IMG/VR virus record: IMGVR_UViG_3300028596_000009
Span: 32,001 to 96,000 of that record
Reading direction: 5' to 3' (one strand)
Origin: a virus
DNA length: 64,000 bases
A program made the translations under genes and the position numbers. Positions 53,636 to 64,000 of the stretch are shown here, piece by piece (position 1 is the first letter of the stretch; each line of letters starts with the position of its first letter). Under the pieces are notes generated by a model that saw only the letters and a program-made list of their open reading frames with translations, did no database searches and was not told the DNA's origin.

Positions 53636-54129
53636 ACATGAGGGCGGGTGGCTACTTCGTCCTTGCCTTCTTAACTCTCGGCGCCGGTCAGGCCGTGTTC
53701 GGATTCTTCGACGAAGTCTCCGGCGCCGAGGGTGGGGCAGGGATCACAGTCTCCAGTGGAGTTGGGGGAGCAGCCTCCGACAAGCAACTGAACGCGTGGA
53801 TCAATGACGCGCTCAAGGTCATGAAGCAGGAAGGGATCCCTGGAAGCTTCAACGGAATCAAGCGCAACGTCATTCGTGAATCGGGCGGTAATCCGACCAT
53901 CGTGAATGATTGGGACATCAACGCCAAGAACGGAACACCTTCAAAGGGTCTCCTTCAGGTAATCCAGCCAACCTTCAACGCCTATAAGCTTCCGCAGTCG
54001 GCATACGACCGGGCCGGAGTCAAGGCAAACGCGAACAGCTTGACTGACCCCATTGCCAACATTGTGACCGCGTGCAACTACGCAGCGGCTCGGTACGGCT
54101 CCATGGACAACGTCAACGGTCCCTACTGA
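53632..54129 (+). CDS. Secreted lytic transglycosylase (SLT domain)
   Basis: RESGGNP, NDWDINAKNGTPSKGLLQVIQPTF, NYAAARYG. Confidence 0.9.
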   Translation: MNMRAGGYFVLAFLTLGAGQAVFGFFDEVSGAEGGAGITVSSGVGGAASDKQLNAWINDALKVMKQEGIPGSFNGIKRNVIRESGGNPTIVNDWDINAKNGTPSKGLLQVIQPTFNAYKLPQSAYDRAGVKANANSLTDPIANIVTACNYAAARYGSMDNVNGPY

Positions 54130-54142
54130 TCAAGGAGAGGCG

Positions 54143-54886
54143 ATGCCTCCAGCTCCCATTCCCGAAGCCAGGGCGCGAGCCCTGATGATCAACACCGGTC
54201 TGACCCCGCGAGTTCCCTATCCGGGATCGAACCGTCCCTGGCCCTGCCTGTGCATGACTTGTGGGTCGGAGTGCTCTCCCCGCTACAACAGCATCCAGCA
54301 AGGGCAGGGAGGTTGTGGGAAATGCGGTCGATCCGCCAAGAGGGAGACCGAGCTTCTGTCTCTGGGTCCAGCGGCGATAGATCGGATGGTTTCTCTGGGT
54401 CTGCGGCCGGAAGAGCCGTACTTGCATGCCGAAACGCCATGGCTGTGTACCTGTCTGAAGTGTGGCAACAGAATTCGCGTCTCCTACAACAACTCGGTAC
54501 ACCGTGATCGGGGGTGTCCGTACTGTCACGAGACGAAGCATAATCTCGGAACTCCAGCGCAGGTCTACCTGATAGGGAACTACGGGCTGGGTGCTGGAAA
54601 AATAGGCGTCACTCATGGAGGGTTTCGATCCGGCGCCTTCTCACGGCGTGGATGGAAGGTCGTCAACACGGTCGAACTTGCCAGGCGGATTGACTGCTAC
54701 AGGATCGAGAAGGACTTCATCCACTGGTTGCACACAGAGGGAGCTTTCCCCTTCCTGTCTCAGAGTCAAATGGCGGGCCTGGACGGTTACACTGAAACAT
54801 TTTCGACAGAGATGATCAACCTAGATCAGGCCGATCGGAAACTTCGTTCTTTGCTGAACAACCTGGGACTTCCTTGTCCCTCGTAG
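54143..54886 (+). CDS. Zn-ribbon-repeat putative (homing) endonuclease, GIY-YIG/T5orf172-like
   Basis: Two PWxCxCxxCG...GCxxC repeats, then VYLI...KIGVT...IEK. Confidence 0.6.
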   Translation: MPPAPIPEARARALMINTGLTPRVPYPGSNRPWPCLCMTCGSECSPRYNSIQQGQGGCGKCGRSAKRETELLSLGPAAIDRMVSLGLRPEEPYLHAETPWLCTCLKCGNRIRVSYNNSVHRDRGCPYCHETKHNLGTPAQVYLIGNYGLGAGKIGVTHGGFRSGAFSRRGWKVVNTVELARRIDCYRIEKDFIHWLHTEGAFPFLSQSQMAGLDGYTETFSTEMINLDQADRKLRSLLNNLGLPCPS

Positions 54887-55745
54887 GGATGGTTTCCTAC
54901 AGAGGTTCGAATCAAACCGCTTCAGCGAAACCATCAGCAACACTGGCCAGAAGGAGTCGGTCGTGACCGAAGAAGAACGTGACGCCGTGGCCGACCTGCT
55001 GCCGGAGAACATGAGCCTGTGGGACTTCGAGGACGAGATCGAGCACTTCGGACATGCCACCCTCGACTGGTGGATGGACCAGCTCGGCCACGGTCCGAAG
55101 TCCCCGGGACACCGCTGCTGCAAGACCTGCGGCTGTGCGACCACCTGTCTGGCAGGCGCCTTCTACGAGGCGACGGTCTCCACGATCCTGCGGGAAGTCG
55201 ACAGGCTCGGCCTGCTGAAGAACCCCGAGGAGGGCAACGTGAGCGATTCGCTCGTGCACAGGAAGTTCCGCCACCACGACAGCCGGATCCCGCGCTTCGC
55301 CACGGTGTGTGCCGAGTTCCTGCACCCGGTCACCGAGGCGCCGATGGTCACCTACATGCAGAGCAGCTCGCTGCGCGGCGAGGAGGAGCCCGTCTTCTAC
55401 ACGACACATCGCCGCGAGTTCAAGCAGTGGTTCCCCCGAGAGACCGAGAACTAGGAGAAACGATGGAGATCAAGAACATCACGCTCAACGACGGCAAGCC
55501 GGTCACCGTGCTCGCAGAGTTGTCGTTCGATGAGGCCGTCTACCTGGGCCTCGTCACCGGCAGCATGAACTGGGACATGGCAGAGAAGATCCTGCCCGAC
55601 GCAGGGCCCAACGCCAGCAACAACATCTACGACTGCGTGAGCGATCTGCTCAACCGCTTCTACGAGGGCGGGATCCGTGAGGCTGCCCGGTACGCGACGC
55701 GGTACGAGTGGCCGCCGAAGAAGACCGAAGGGGAGCGATGAGGTC

Positions 55746-56006
55746 ATGGTGTTCCAGCAGTCGGCACAGAAGGAACTGGAGCGCCTGAGGAAGAAGGACC
55801 GTCAGGCGTACATACGGATCCGGGGTCTGCTCGCCGAGGTGTCCCAAGGCAGAGGCAAGATCCTCAACAACAAGGCGACCGAGGTGCACGGGTGCAGGTC
55901 GCTGCGATCCGGCAAGCTCCGCGTCATCTACCGGCCCGGCCCGGATCCCGAAGTCCTCTACGTCGGCTACCGGCGCGAGGTCTACCACGGCAACTGCAAC
56001 AACTGA
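55746..56006 (+). CDS. RelE/ParE-family toxin-like protein
   Basis: FQQSAQKELERL...RSLRSGKLRVIY...VLYVGYRREVY. Confidence 0.75.
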   Translation: MVFQQSAQKELERLRKKDRQAYIRIRGLLAEVSQGRGKILNNKATEVHGCRSLRSGKLRVIYRPGPDPEVLYVGYRREVYHGNCNN

Positions 56007-56990
56007 GGAGAGACGTGCCCTGCATGCACTGCGTAGCCGACCGGATCAGCACCGGATCGGGACAAGTCCTTCCGGCGCTCCGGAAGAAGCTGCCCCTGGA
56101 GAGGTTCGGCAGGAAGACCAGGTTCCTCGTGATGCCCGCTGTTCTGACGGGTGTCTTGATACTGGCCTTCTCGAAACCGCCTTCCCTGTGGGTGATCGTT
56201 CCGCTCTGGCTTTTCTTCGCTCACCGGTTCGGATACGTCCGGCACATCCACGAAGCGGAGGAGAGCGATGACGGAGAAGAAGCCGAAGGATCCGCCGAAG
56301 AGGCCGAGGATTCCGGCGACCGTACTGAAGGACAGCAGTCCGAAGAAGCACGGGAAGGCGGTTTTACCGCATCTCGACACTAGATGAACGCCACTGGATT
56401 TCACGATCCGTTGGCGGTAGGGTTTCTCTCGTTGGACCGCCTCGGCCGATACCCGAGGCGGTTCGATTTTCGTACTGGAAAGTCCTGGAAAGGGGACAAG
56501 ACATGAAGAAGATCGACACGCAGGTCAAGAGCTTCACTCGCGCCATCAAGAAGCTGTACCCCGGCATCTCCGACGACACCGCCGCCGAGGCCGTCAAGGC
56601 GCTGTACATCCTCGTCATCGACTTCAAGCTCACCGAGGACGACGACGCCTGGACCCTGTACGAGGCGAAGATCAGCGATCTGGCCGACGCAGACGCGGAC
56701 GGCTGGGCGGCCGAGATGGTCAAGTCCCGCGTGAACCGCGCCCGCCCGTTCTACGACAAGGCCATCGCCACCGACTCCGACCCCGTCGAGGTCATCAAGG
56801 CTATGTGCGGCCTGTCCGAGCAGGCGGCCTGCGACCTCGTCAACGCCTTCAAGGACGAGGACTCCCAGAAGCCTTCCATCCCGGCCCCGGCCTCCGACCC
56901 GTTCAACACGGACGAGGAGTCGAAGGACGAGGAGAAGGAGGAGCAGTACGCGTAACCCCTCCGCACAGGTTTGCGGTCGTCGTCAGAGAG

Positions 56991-57019
56991 GTCCCCGCTT
57001 CGGCGGGGACTTTCTTTTT
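56991..57019 (+). terminator. Intrinsic terminator
   Basis: GTCCCCGC-TTCG-GCGGGGAC-TTTCTTTTT. Confidence 0.8.
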
Positions 57020-57413
57020 GTCCGAAACCAGCCCATCATGTTGCGTGAGCAGAGGGAGGAAGATGGGCTGAATCTTGGCACTTTCGCCTCGGGCGTACCG
57101 CGAGGAACGAATCGAAAAACTGACCAGGGAGTACCACGAATTGAGGGAAGAGTACCGAAACGCGTTTCCGTGGGAGCAGCCGCGCATCGCGGAGCGGGCA
57201 CAGGACATCCAGGACGAGATCGAGGAGCTGAAGAAGCCGACGGCCCTGGAGAGGCCCAGTGGCATCAAGGCGGCGTACGCGGTGGCCGTGGTGTTCATGG
57301 CGTACGGCCTGCTCGTGGGCTCGTACGGGACCTTCACGTTCGGGGTGTTCGCCCTGATCGTGGGCCTGGTCGGCGCGGCCCGGAACATCTGAGACGTCAT
57401 CCACTGGCAGACA

Positions 57414-57442
57414 TTGACAGCCAGTTGGCCATCGTCTAATGT
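57414..57442 (+). promoter_or_regulatory. Sigma70 promoter overlapped by the 15-bp operator
   Basis: TTGACA-N17-TAATGT with TTGGCCATCGTCTAA at 57425-57439. Confidence 0.8.
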
Positions 57443-57467
57443 AGTCATCACAAGGAAGGAGGTGCCG

Positions 57468-57635
57468 GTGGAGTCCACCGACAAGGCCAGAACCGAGAGG
57501 ATCACCATCCGCTTCACGCAAGCGGAGAAAGCGGAGATCGAGGCTATGGCCCGTCAGGAAAACCGTAAGGCAGCGGACTTCGCCCGCCTGCTGATCCTCG
57601 CGCACATCGAGCGCAAGAGGACGATGCCGGGGTGA
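57468..57635 (+). CDS. Ribbon-helix-helix (CopG/MobC-like) regulator
   Basis: RTERITIRFTQAEKAEIEAMA...AADFARLLIL; AAGGAGG RBS. Confidence 0.75.
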   Translation: MESTDKARTERITIRFTQAEKAEIEAMARQENRKAADFARLLILAHIERKRTMPG

Positions 57636-57875
57636 ACGAGGAGGTCCACATCCGGCTTTCCGGTGGCTCAGGCTTACCGGTCTGCTGGACAAAGAACGGC
57701 CCGCTGGCCGTGGACAACCTGACCGGCATCAAGGAAGAAAGCACCTGCGACGACTGCATTGCGCTTCAGCAGGCGTTCCAGGAGTTCGAGGACGCGGCAT
57801 CCGAGCTGCTCCTCGACCAAGCCAGGATCAACAAGATCCTCGGCGAACTGTGATCCCTCGGAAAGGGGAAACGGC

Positions 57876-58331
57876 ATGAACTTCACCAAGGCTGGTGCCT
57901 ATGCGGTCGCGGGAACGCTGAGCGCGACCCTGCTCATCTCCGCCTGCTCCTCCGGCTCGGTCTCGGGCCCGGTGCAGTCGAAGCAGGTCGACACCTGCGA
58001 GACCCTGTCGATGGAGCCGATGGCCTCGGTCGTCGTCACCAAGGGCAAGCCCGGCGGGGGCGGCTCCAAGTCCTCCAGCTCCGGCGGCGGCTCGGGCAAG
58101 ACCACCAAGAAGGTCGACACCAACAAGCCGTCCAAGACGAACGGTTCGACCGGCGGCTCGGGCAAGACCGGCGACTCCGGCAAGAAGTCCAAGAAGCCGA
58201 AGACCTGCTCGACCGAGTACGAGCTGATGGTCACCGACAAGGAGGACGGCGTCATCGAGCAGGATGTCACCTCCGAGGAGTACGCCCGCTGCGACGTCGG
58301 CGAGCAGTACCCCGCCTGCAAGGAGAACTGA
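57876..58331 (+). CDS. Lipoprotein with Gly/Ser/Lys-rich linker
   Basis: Lipobox LISAC; C-terminal YARCDVGEQYPAC. Confidence 0.7.
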   Translation: MNFTKAGAYAVAGTLSATLLISACSSGSVSGPVQSKQVDTCETLSMEPMASVVVTKGKPGGGGSKSSSSGGGSGKTTKKVDTNKPSKTNGSTGGSGKTGDSGKKSKKPKTCSTEYELMVTDKEDGVIEQDVTSEEYARCDVGEQYPACKEN

Positions 58332-59979
58332 CATGGACAAGGACATGGCCAAGTACGTCCTGAAGGACTGGACTGTTCTGGTCGGCTCCGTCGTGACCAG
58401 CGTCGAGCTGTTGTGCTTCGTCATGGTCTGCAAGGTAGGAGGCATGGCGGAAATCTCCTACGTCGGCCTCCTGCTGGTCGCCAGCTTCGCAGCGTGTGGC
58501 TACCTCGCCGCTGTCGCCTCGACCGAGTATGAGGAGGGCCGGTGAGCAGGGAGATGGCTCGTTACGTGGCTGGCATGATCGGCGGCTCGGCGTGGTTCCT
58601 GTGGAACCTGCCGTACATCGACTCCTTCAACTTCATGTGTCTGATGTGCGCGGTCATCTGCGGATGGGGCGTACTCAAGACGCTGAAGAAGGGACGTCGG
58701 TGAACCTGAAGAAGGCTGACGAGGAGGCCGCCAAGGGCGTCGCGGTGCGCGACATCATCGCGGACCACCGGGCCACCGTCGAGAACCTGAGGATCCTCTG
58801 GTACGCCATGCTCCTCCTGTGGGCGGCGAGCGTCGTCTTCGAATGGGCGCCCGGCCGGACCGGAGGATGCATCGGACTCGTCGTCACCTCCATCGTGGAG
58901 ATCGTGTACAGGCGGAAGAAGTTCAAGTAGTCCCTTGGAAAGGGGAAACGGTGAAGATACGCAAGCCTTCGGGTGATGCCCTGCTCGTGATGGGCGGAGG
59001 GTCCCTGATGACCTACCTCGCGATGCTTCTGACCGGCAGTGAGACCTGGATGGCGGACGTCATGATCGTGGCGGCGACCGTGTTCATCCTGTCCGGCCTG
59101 TACGTCGGCTCCGGCAAGTCCGATGGCCAGACCGACGCATGACGAAGTAGCGGAGATCGCGCAACTGCGCAGAGAAGGTGACCTCGGCTCGTACATCCGC
59201 AGCCTGGCTGGCCTCAAGGTCAAAGCCAGGCCGGAGTACCAGGCAATCCAGTGCCCGTTGTGCGGCGCCCCTCCCAACCAGTCCTGCACCGGACTGCGCG
59301 GGAAGCGCCTGGGTGCCGGAGTGCATGAGGCCCGGATCGGCGCGATCTCTCCGCAGGAGGTGACGTCGATGGGTGGAGCATGGCCCGTCGGTCTTCCCAT
59401 GGAAAGGGAGAATGACGAAGTGAACCTGAACAACGAGCAGGCTGTCAGAGCTGCCGCCCTGCAAGCGGCGGCCGTCACGGTGGCGTCCATCAACGGCGAC
59501 GAGAACGACGTGATACTGCTCGCCGAGGAGTACGCCGCGTACATCCGGGGCGGCCCGGCCAGTTTCCAGCGCAACCCGGACGAGGAGTTCTCGAAGCCGT
59601 CCGAGGCGTGGGCCGAGCCGGACCCGGCGTCCATGGCGCAGGAGTTCGCGACCAGCGGCTACAACGCCAGGACCAAGGAGGAGTTCGGCAAGGTCTGGAA
59701 GGCCGCGAGCGACGCCGGGGTCATGGGGACGGTGGTGATCCTCAGCGACGGTGAGCAGCAGGAGCTGGGGGCGTACCTGACGGTGATGGCGGCCAAGTTC
59801 AAGGATCCGAACCAGGTCTCTGACCCGAACCGGTCTTCGGAGCGGGAGAGGGCCCGGCAGACGATCCGGTCCGACATGGGCCTGTAGGTCCATCTGGCTG
59901 AACCCCTCGCCGGATGTGCTCTGACGAGGGGTTTTCCTGTACCCCGCCACGACTTAATCTGTACTGTCAGGTACACTCA

Positions 59980-60009
59980 TTGACAGTCAACAGGAATCAG
60001 ATGTAGGGT
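59980..60009 (+). promoter_or_regulatory. Promoter with palindrome over the -35 box
   Basis: TTGACA-N18-TAGGGT; TTGAC-A-GTCAA palindrome at 59980-59990. Confidence 0.65.
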
Positions 60010-60038
60010 TCCGAACAGAAAGTATCGGTGAGGTCAAC

Positions 60039-60473
60039 GTGAACACACGGGAAAACGTCAGCGAGTCCGTCCGGGCCCTGATGGGACTGCGTGGGATGAA
60101 CAGCATGTCTGAGCTGGCAGAACTGCTCGACGTGCACCCCGAGTACATGCCCCGCAAGGTCCGGGAAGGGCGGTGGACCCTGGAAGACCTCGACGTACTG
60201 AGCGAGATCTTCGAAGTCACCCCCGCCGCCCTGGTGTCCGGCGAGAACCTGGCCCAGCGACCCACCTTCCCCGGCAAGCAGCGTCTCTTCGAGGTCATTT
60301 TCACCCTCGAAGGCGGAGCAAAGCTGGTCTGCCTGGAGGAGGCGGGAAGCAGCGGAGACGCCATCAAGTCCATCACCGGCGTCTGGGCCCCGCCCGAGGA
60401 GGTCACCAACATCAGCACCAAGGAGAAGAGGTACTTCCAGGTGCACATCCCCTCCCTGGAAGGCCAGCGGTGA
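60039..60473 (+). CDS. XRE/Cro-like HTH protein
   Basis: MSELAELLDV...GRWTLEDLDVLSEIFEVTPAALV. Confidence 0.75.
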   Translation: MNTRENVSESVRALMGLRGMNSMSELAELLDVHPEYMPRKVREGRWTLEDLDVLSEIFEVTPAALVSGENLAQRPTFPGKQRLFEVIFTLEGGAKLVCLEEAGSSGDAIKSITGVWAPPEEVTNISTKEKRYFQVHIPSLEGQR

Positions 60474-60809
60474 TACCCCACTTCGAACCGGCCAGCAATC
60501 CGTTCGACGGTGACGACACCGAGACGCCCGAGTCCTACGCCGCACAGACCTGTGCCTGTAAGGAGCCGGACGTCTGGATGGAGATCAGCGAAGGCGATCT
60601 GGTCTGGGGATGCGACGGCTGCAAGAAGCCGATGAGCGACTGGTTCACCGAGAGCGTCCTGATGAACCCCATCAAGGTCTCGTACACGGTCGAGCCCGGC
60701 TGCTGCACCTGCAACATGTTGGACCAGTTTTCCTGCGACTGCGATCAGTGGCCCGTGGTGAAGCCGGTCATAGGAGAAGGATGATTCAGCACATAGGAAG
60801 GAACACCCG

Positions 60810-62336
60810 GTGAGTGACCTGAAGCCGACCGACGAGCAGCAGGCTGTCATCGACGCCGCCAACGAGGGCGAGACGTTCGTGGTGGACGCGGTCGCCGGTT
60901 CCGGTAAGACCTCGACCCTTCGGATGGCGGCCGAGGCGATGAGCGACCGCAAGATCCTCTACCTGGTCTACAACCGGGCCGCCTCCGACGACGCGAAGAA
61001 GTCGTTCCCGAAGAACGTGGACGTCAAGACCACCTCGGCTCTGGCCTACCGCGACTACGCGGGTGACTACGGGCACCGGCTGATCAACGCCCCGTACGTT
61101 CCCGCCCGCCAGACGGCCCGCCTCCTCGGCATCAACGAGCCGGTGCGGCTTGGCGAGAACATGATCTACCACCAGAACCAGATCGCGCAGTTGGCTGTCG
61201 ACACTGTCGACAACTACGCCCGGTCCGCCGACGTTCAGGTGAGCGAGAAGCACGTCTCCACCAGGGACATGCCGCTGGGTCTGACCCAGGTCCAGGTCGA
61301 CTTCCTCAAGATCACGGCCGCCAAGTGGGCCGAGCAGCTCTGGGAGGAGGCGATCGTCCCGGCGAGCAGCCACCGTTTCACGTTCGACTACGCCTTCAAG
61401 CTGTACGCGATGGCCGACCCCGATCTGTCGCACTACGGCGCCATCTTCATCGACGAGGCGCAGGACTCCAACGACATCGTCGAGCACTTCCTGAAGAACC
61501 AGTGGACCCAGAAGGTGGTCGTGGGAGACCCCGCGCAGCAGCTCTACGGCTGGAGGGGTGCGGTCGACATCATGGGCCGGTTCGACGGTCCGCGTCTGCC
61601 GCTGACTCAGGCATGGCGCTTCGGTGAGGAAGTCGCCGAGGAGGCCAACAAGTGGCTGGAGCACACCGGTACGAAGATCAAGGTGCGAGGCAACCCGCAC
61701 ATGGACTCCCTGGTCCTCGACACGGTCTCCCCGCACCCGAACGCGGTACTGTGCCGGACCAACGCCGCCGCCGTGGACCGGGCTCTGTTCTACCTGGACA
61801 ACGGCCTGAGCGTGGCGGTGGCGGGCGGTACGGACAAGCTGCTGAAGCTGGCCTTCGCCGCCGGTGAGCTGTACAAGGGCGAAGGCACCACCCACCCGGA
61901 GCTGATCGCCTTCAGTACCTGGCAGGAACTGGTCGACTTCACCGAGGAGACCAGCGGCAGCGATCTGAAGGCACTCGTCAATCTCATCCAGATTCACAAG
62001 CCAGGCGGCATCCGCGCGATCTGCAACCGGCTCGTCCCGGAGACGAAGCTGGACGCGAAGAAGATGAAGGTGCCCTTCGAGGGTGAGCCGGACGTGGTGA
62101 TCTCGACGGCACACAAGTCCAAGGGCCGCGAGTGGGGGACGGTTCAGATCGGCGAGGACTTCGAGGTGCCGATGCCGGTGAAGGACCCTCTGACCGGCGA
62201 GGCGGGCCCGGGTCCGATCAAGAGGGCGGACGCGATGCTGCACTACGTCGCTGTCACCCGTGGACGCCAGGCCCTGCACCGGGGCAGTCTCTCCTACATC
62301 GACGGCTACGCGGACGTTCCTCAGGAGACCTGGTGA
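60810..62336 (+). CDS. UvrD/Rep-like SF1 helicase
   Basis: AVAGSGKT, IDEAQD, VGDPAQQLYGWRGA, STAHKSKGREW, YVAVTRG. Confidence 0.93.
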   Translation: MSDLKPTDEQQAVIDAANEGETFVVDAVAGSGKTSTLRMAAEAMSDRKILYLVYNRAASDDAKKSFPKNVDVKTTSALAYRDYAGDYGHRLINAPYVPARQTARLLGINEPVRLGENMIYHQNQIAQLAVDTVDNYARSADVQVSEKHVSTRDMPLGLTQVQVDFLKITAAKWAEQLWEEAIVPASSHRFTFDYAFKLYAMADPDLSHYGAIFIDEAQDSNDIVEHFLKNQWTQKVVVGDPAQQLYGWRGAVDIMGRFDGPRLPLTQAWRFGEEVAEEANKWLEHTGTKIKVRGNPHMDSLVLDTVSPHPNAVLCRTNAAAVDRALFYLDNGLSVAVAGGTDKLLKLAFAAGELYKGEGTTHPELIAFSTWQELVDFTEETSGSDLKALVNLIQIHKPGGIRAICNRLVPETKLDAKKMKVPFEGEPDVVISTAHKSKGREWGTVQIGEDFEVPMPVKDPLTGEAGPGPIKRADAMLHYVAVTRGRQALHRGSLSYIDGYADVPQETW

Positions 62337-63090
62337 CAGTACCGGAAGATAAGGTGCAAACCATCCGTTCCTTCCTCGAATGGGCTGGAAAGAACGGCGT
62401 GCATCTCGCGATGCATGGGCGCCCTCCGTACGGCAAGGAGGGCACCTGGTTCCTCGACGACAGGGAGCGGGAACGGCTCATCGCCTTCCACCTCCTGGAG
62501 ACGGAGAAACGCCATGGCGTGCACCCTTCCGGACTGCAAGGTGTGCGAGAAGACCCGGACTCACCCGGCGTTCAGGCTGGGTGACCGACAGCTTCTCGAA
62601 CTGATCAAGAAGCAGCGCATAGTCATTCCCCGGCAGCGGGGCTGACTTCGACCGGGGCCGTCCACAGTGGGCGGCCCCACCCGGAAAAGGAGAAAGACCA
62701 TGGCCGACGGCGGAATCCACAACCCCAACCCCTGCCCGCAGTGCGGCGGGAGCCAGCCCAGTCACGCGCCCGGCTGCCCGAACGGGAGCTGACGGCGATG
62801 GGCAAGTACCACTCGACGCACGCCGAGTACGTTCTCGATCAGATTGTCCGGTCCATCACCACCAACACGATCCCCGGCCTCGAACTGTCCAAGAAGTATG
62901 CCTGGAACCTGTTGGGAGAGCTGGCCAACGGCTTCGGTGAGTACATCACCAACGTGATCGACGATCCGGAGACCCCGGAAGAGGACAAGATGCCGTTGCG
63001 CAGGGCATCCGTCCTGTTCCACCAGATGATCCTCGACGCGCGAAAGGAAAGCATCCAACCGCTTCTGGACAAGAAGAAGGTGAACCCCTG

Positions 63091-63678
63091 ATGTGGTTCC
63101 AGGGCAGCTACTACGTCTCCCTCGACACCGAGTTCATCTCCAACAACCTGACCCGCACCGGCACCCTGTCGATCGGCCTGGCCACCGAGGAACACCGCGC
63201 CTACGGCGTCAACGGACTCGCCGACACCGAGATGCGGGGCCTCGACCCGGACAGCAAGGAGTGGATGCGGGCCAACGTCTGGCCCCACCTGCCCGGCGGC
63301 AGCCCGGAGAACTTCGACCGGTCCAACTCGGCCGTCGCCACCCCCGAGGGCCTGGCCAACCTCGCCGAGAACTTCTTCGGCAAGGTCATGGATGAGGTGA
63401 ACCACGACATGGACAAGGTCGTGGTGGTCGCCCTGTGCGGGGCGCAGGACATGGTCCGGCTGCACGGCCTGTGGGATCACAACTGGGCCATGATGCCCCG
63501 CGTCATTCCCAACTGGTTCCGCGACATCGCCGACATGCGTCGCCGTGCCCACCTGAGCAGCGACCAGCTTCCGGTTCGCAAGAGCGGTGAGCACCACGCC
63601 CTGCTCGACGCGGTCCACCAGCTCGACCAGGTCCGCTTCATCCTGGAGAACGACCCGATGAACGAGGAGGTCTTCTGA
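63091..63678 (+). CDS. DEDDh 3'-5' exoribonuclease (RNase AS/Rv2179c-like)
   Basis: SLDTEF, WMRANVWPHL, HHALLDA. Confidence 0.8.
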   Translation: MWFQGSYYVSLDTEFISNNLTRTGTLSIGLATEEHRAYGVNGLADTEMRGLDPDSKEWMRANVWPHLPGGSPENFDRSNSAVATPEGLANLAENFFGKVMDEVNHDMDKVVVVALCGAQDMVRLHGLWDHNWAMMPRVIPNWFRDIADMRRRAHLSSDQLPVRKSGEHHALLDAVHQLDQVRFILENDPMNEEVF

Positions 63679-64000
63679 TGGGCATCCGCAGCTTCTTCGG
63701 GTTCTCCTCCGAGGGCAACGACACCATGGGTCCGGCCGGATCCGAGGCGCAGGAACAGGTCCGGCGCGACCGGTTCGAGAACTCCGGGCAGGCCAGCTCC
63801 GGTACCGGCTACTCGGATCCGGAGATCATCACCAACCCGGTTCCCCGCCAGCGAAGGTCCCACCGGGACTGACCGGCACACCACCCCAGGGGCGTTCCTT
63901 CACCGGGGCGCCCCTTCCCATGAGGAGAGATCCGTGAAGTACCGAGCCGTCCTGAACACCACCGCCTCGTGCACCGTGACCTTCGAGGCGCCGGAGAACG

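Noticed and set aside
58060-58200. Tandem DNA repeat in the lipoprotein gene
   Set aside because: Explained by a Gly/Ser/Lys low-complexity protein linker
1-64000. Definite call as phage versus plasmid
   Set aside because: No terminase, capsid, integrase, ParA or TraB recognised within this window

Overview
High-GC actinobacterial (Streptomyces-like) mobile-element DNA with dense, short, mostly + strand ORFs. It looks like the accessory/early arm of a large phage, phage-plasmid or giant plasmid. No capsid, terminase, portal, integrase or housekeeping genes were recognised, so the element type is unresolved. Modules: metallophosphoesterase and vWA genes; a glycosyltransferase/methyltransferase/epimerase cluster (10.9-18.8 kb) interrupted by an AbrB/RelE-type toxin-antitoxin pair; a wHTH replication-initiator pair with direct repeats (20-22 kb); TerD plus vWA; tRNA-Ile and a tRNA cluster (33.4-34.8 kb), about half of which has damaged anticodon arms; a Ro60/TROVE gene preceded by three tandem covarying Y-RNA-like units, one a circularly permuted tRNA that keeps an Asn anticodon loop; SNF2 and UvrD helicases; an Acb2/Tad1-like sponge; a spread/transfer-like membrane operon with a lytic transglycosylase, set in a ~9 kb field of GGAARC motif clusters; and a DEDDh exoribonuclease. 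A 15-bp motif (TTAGAYGATGGCCAA) recurs in several intergenic/promoter regions, including the promoter of an RHH gene. All family calls come from motifs recognised by eye; no searches were run.
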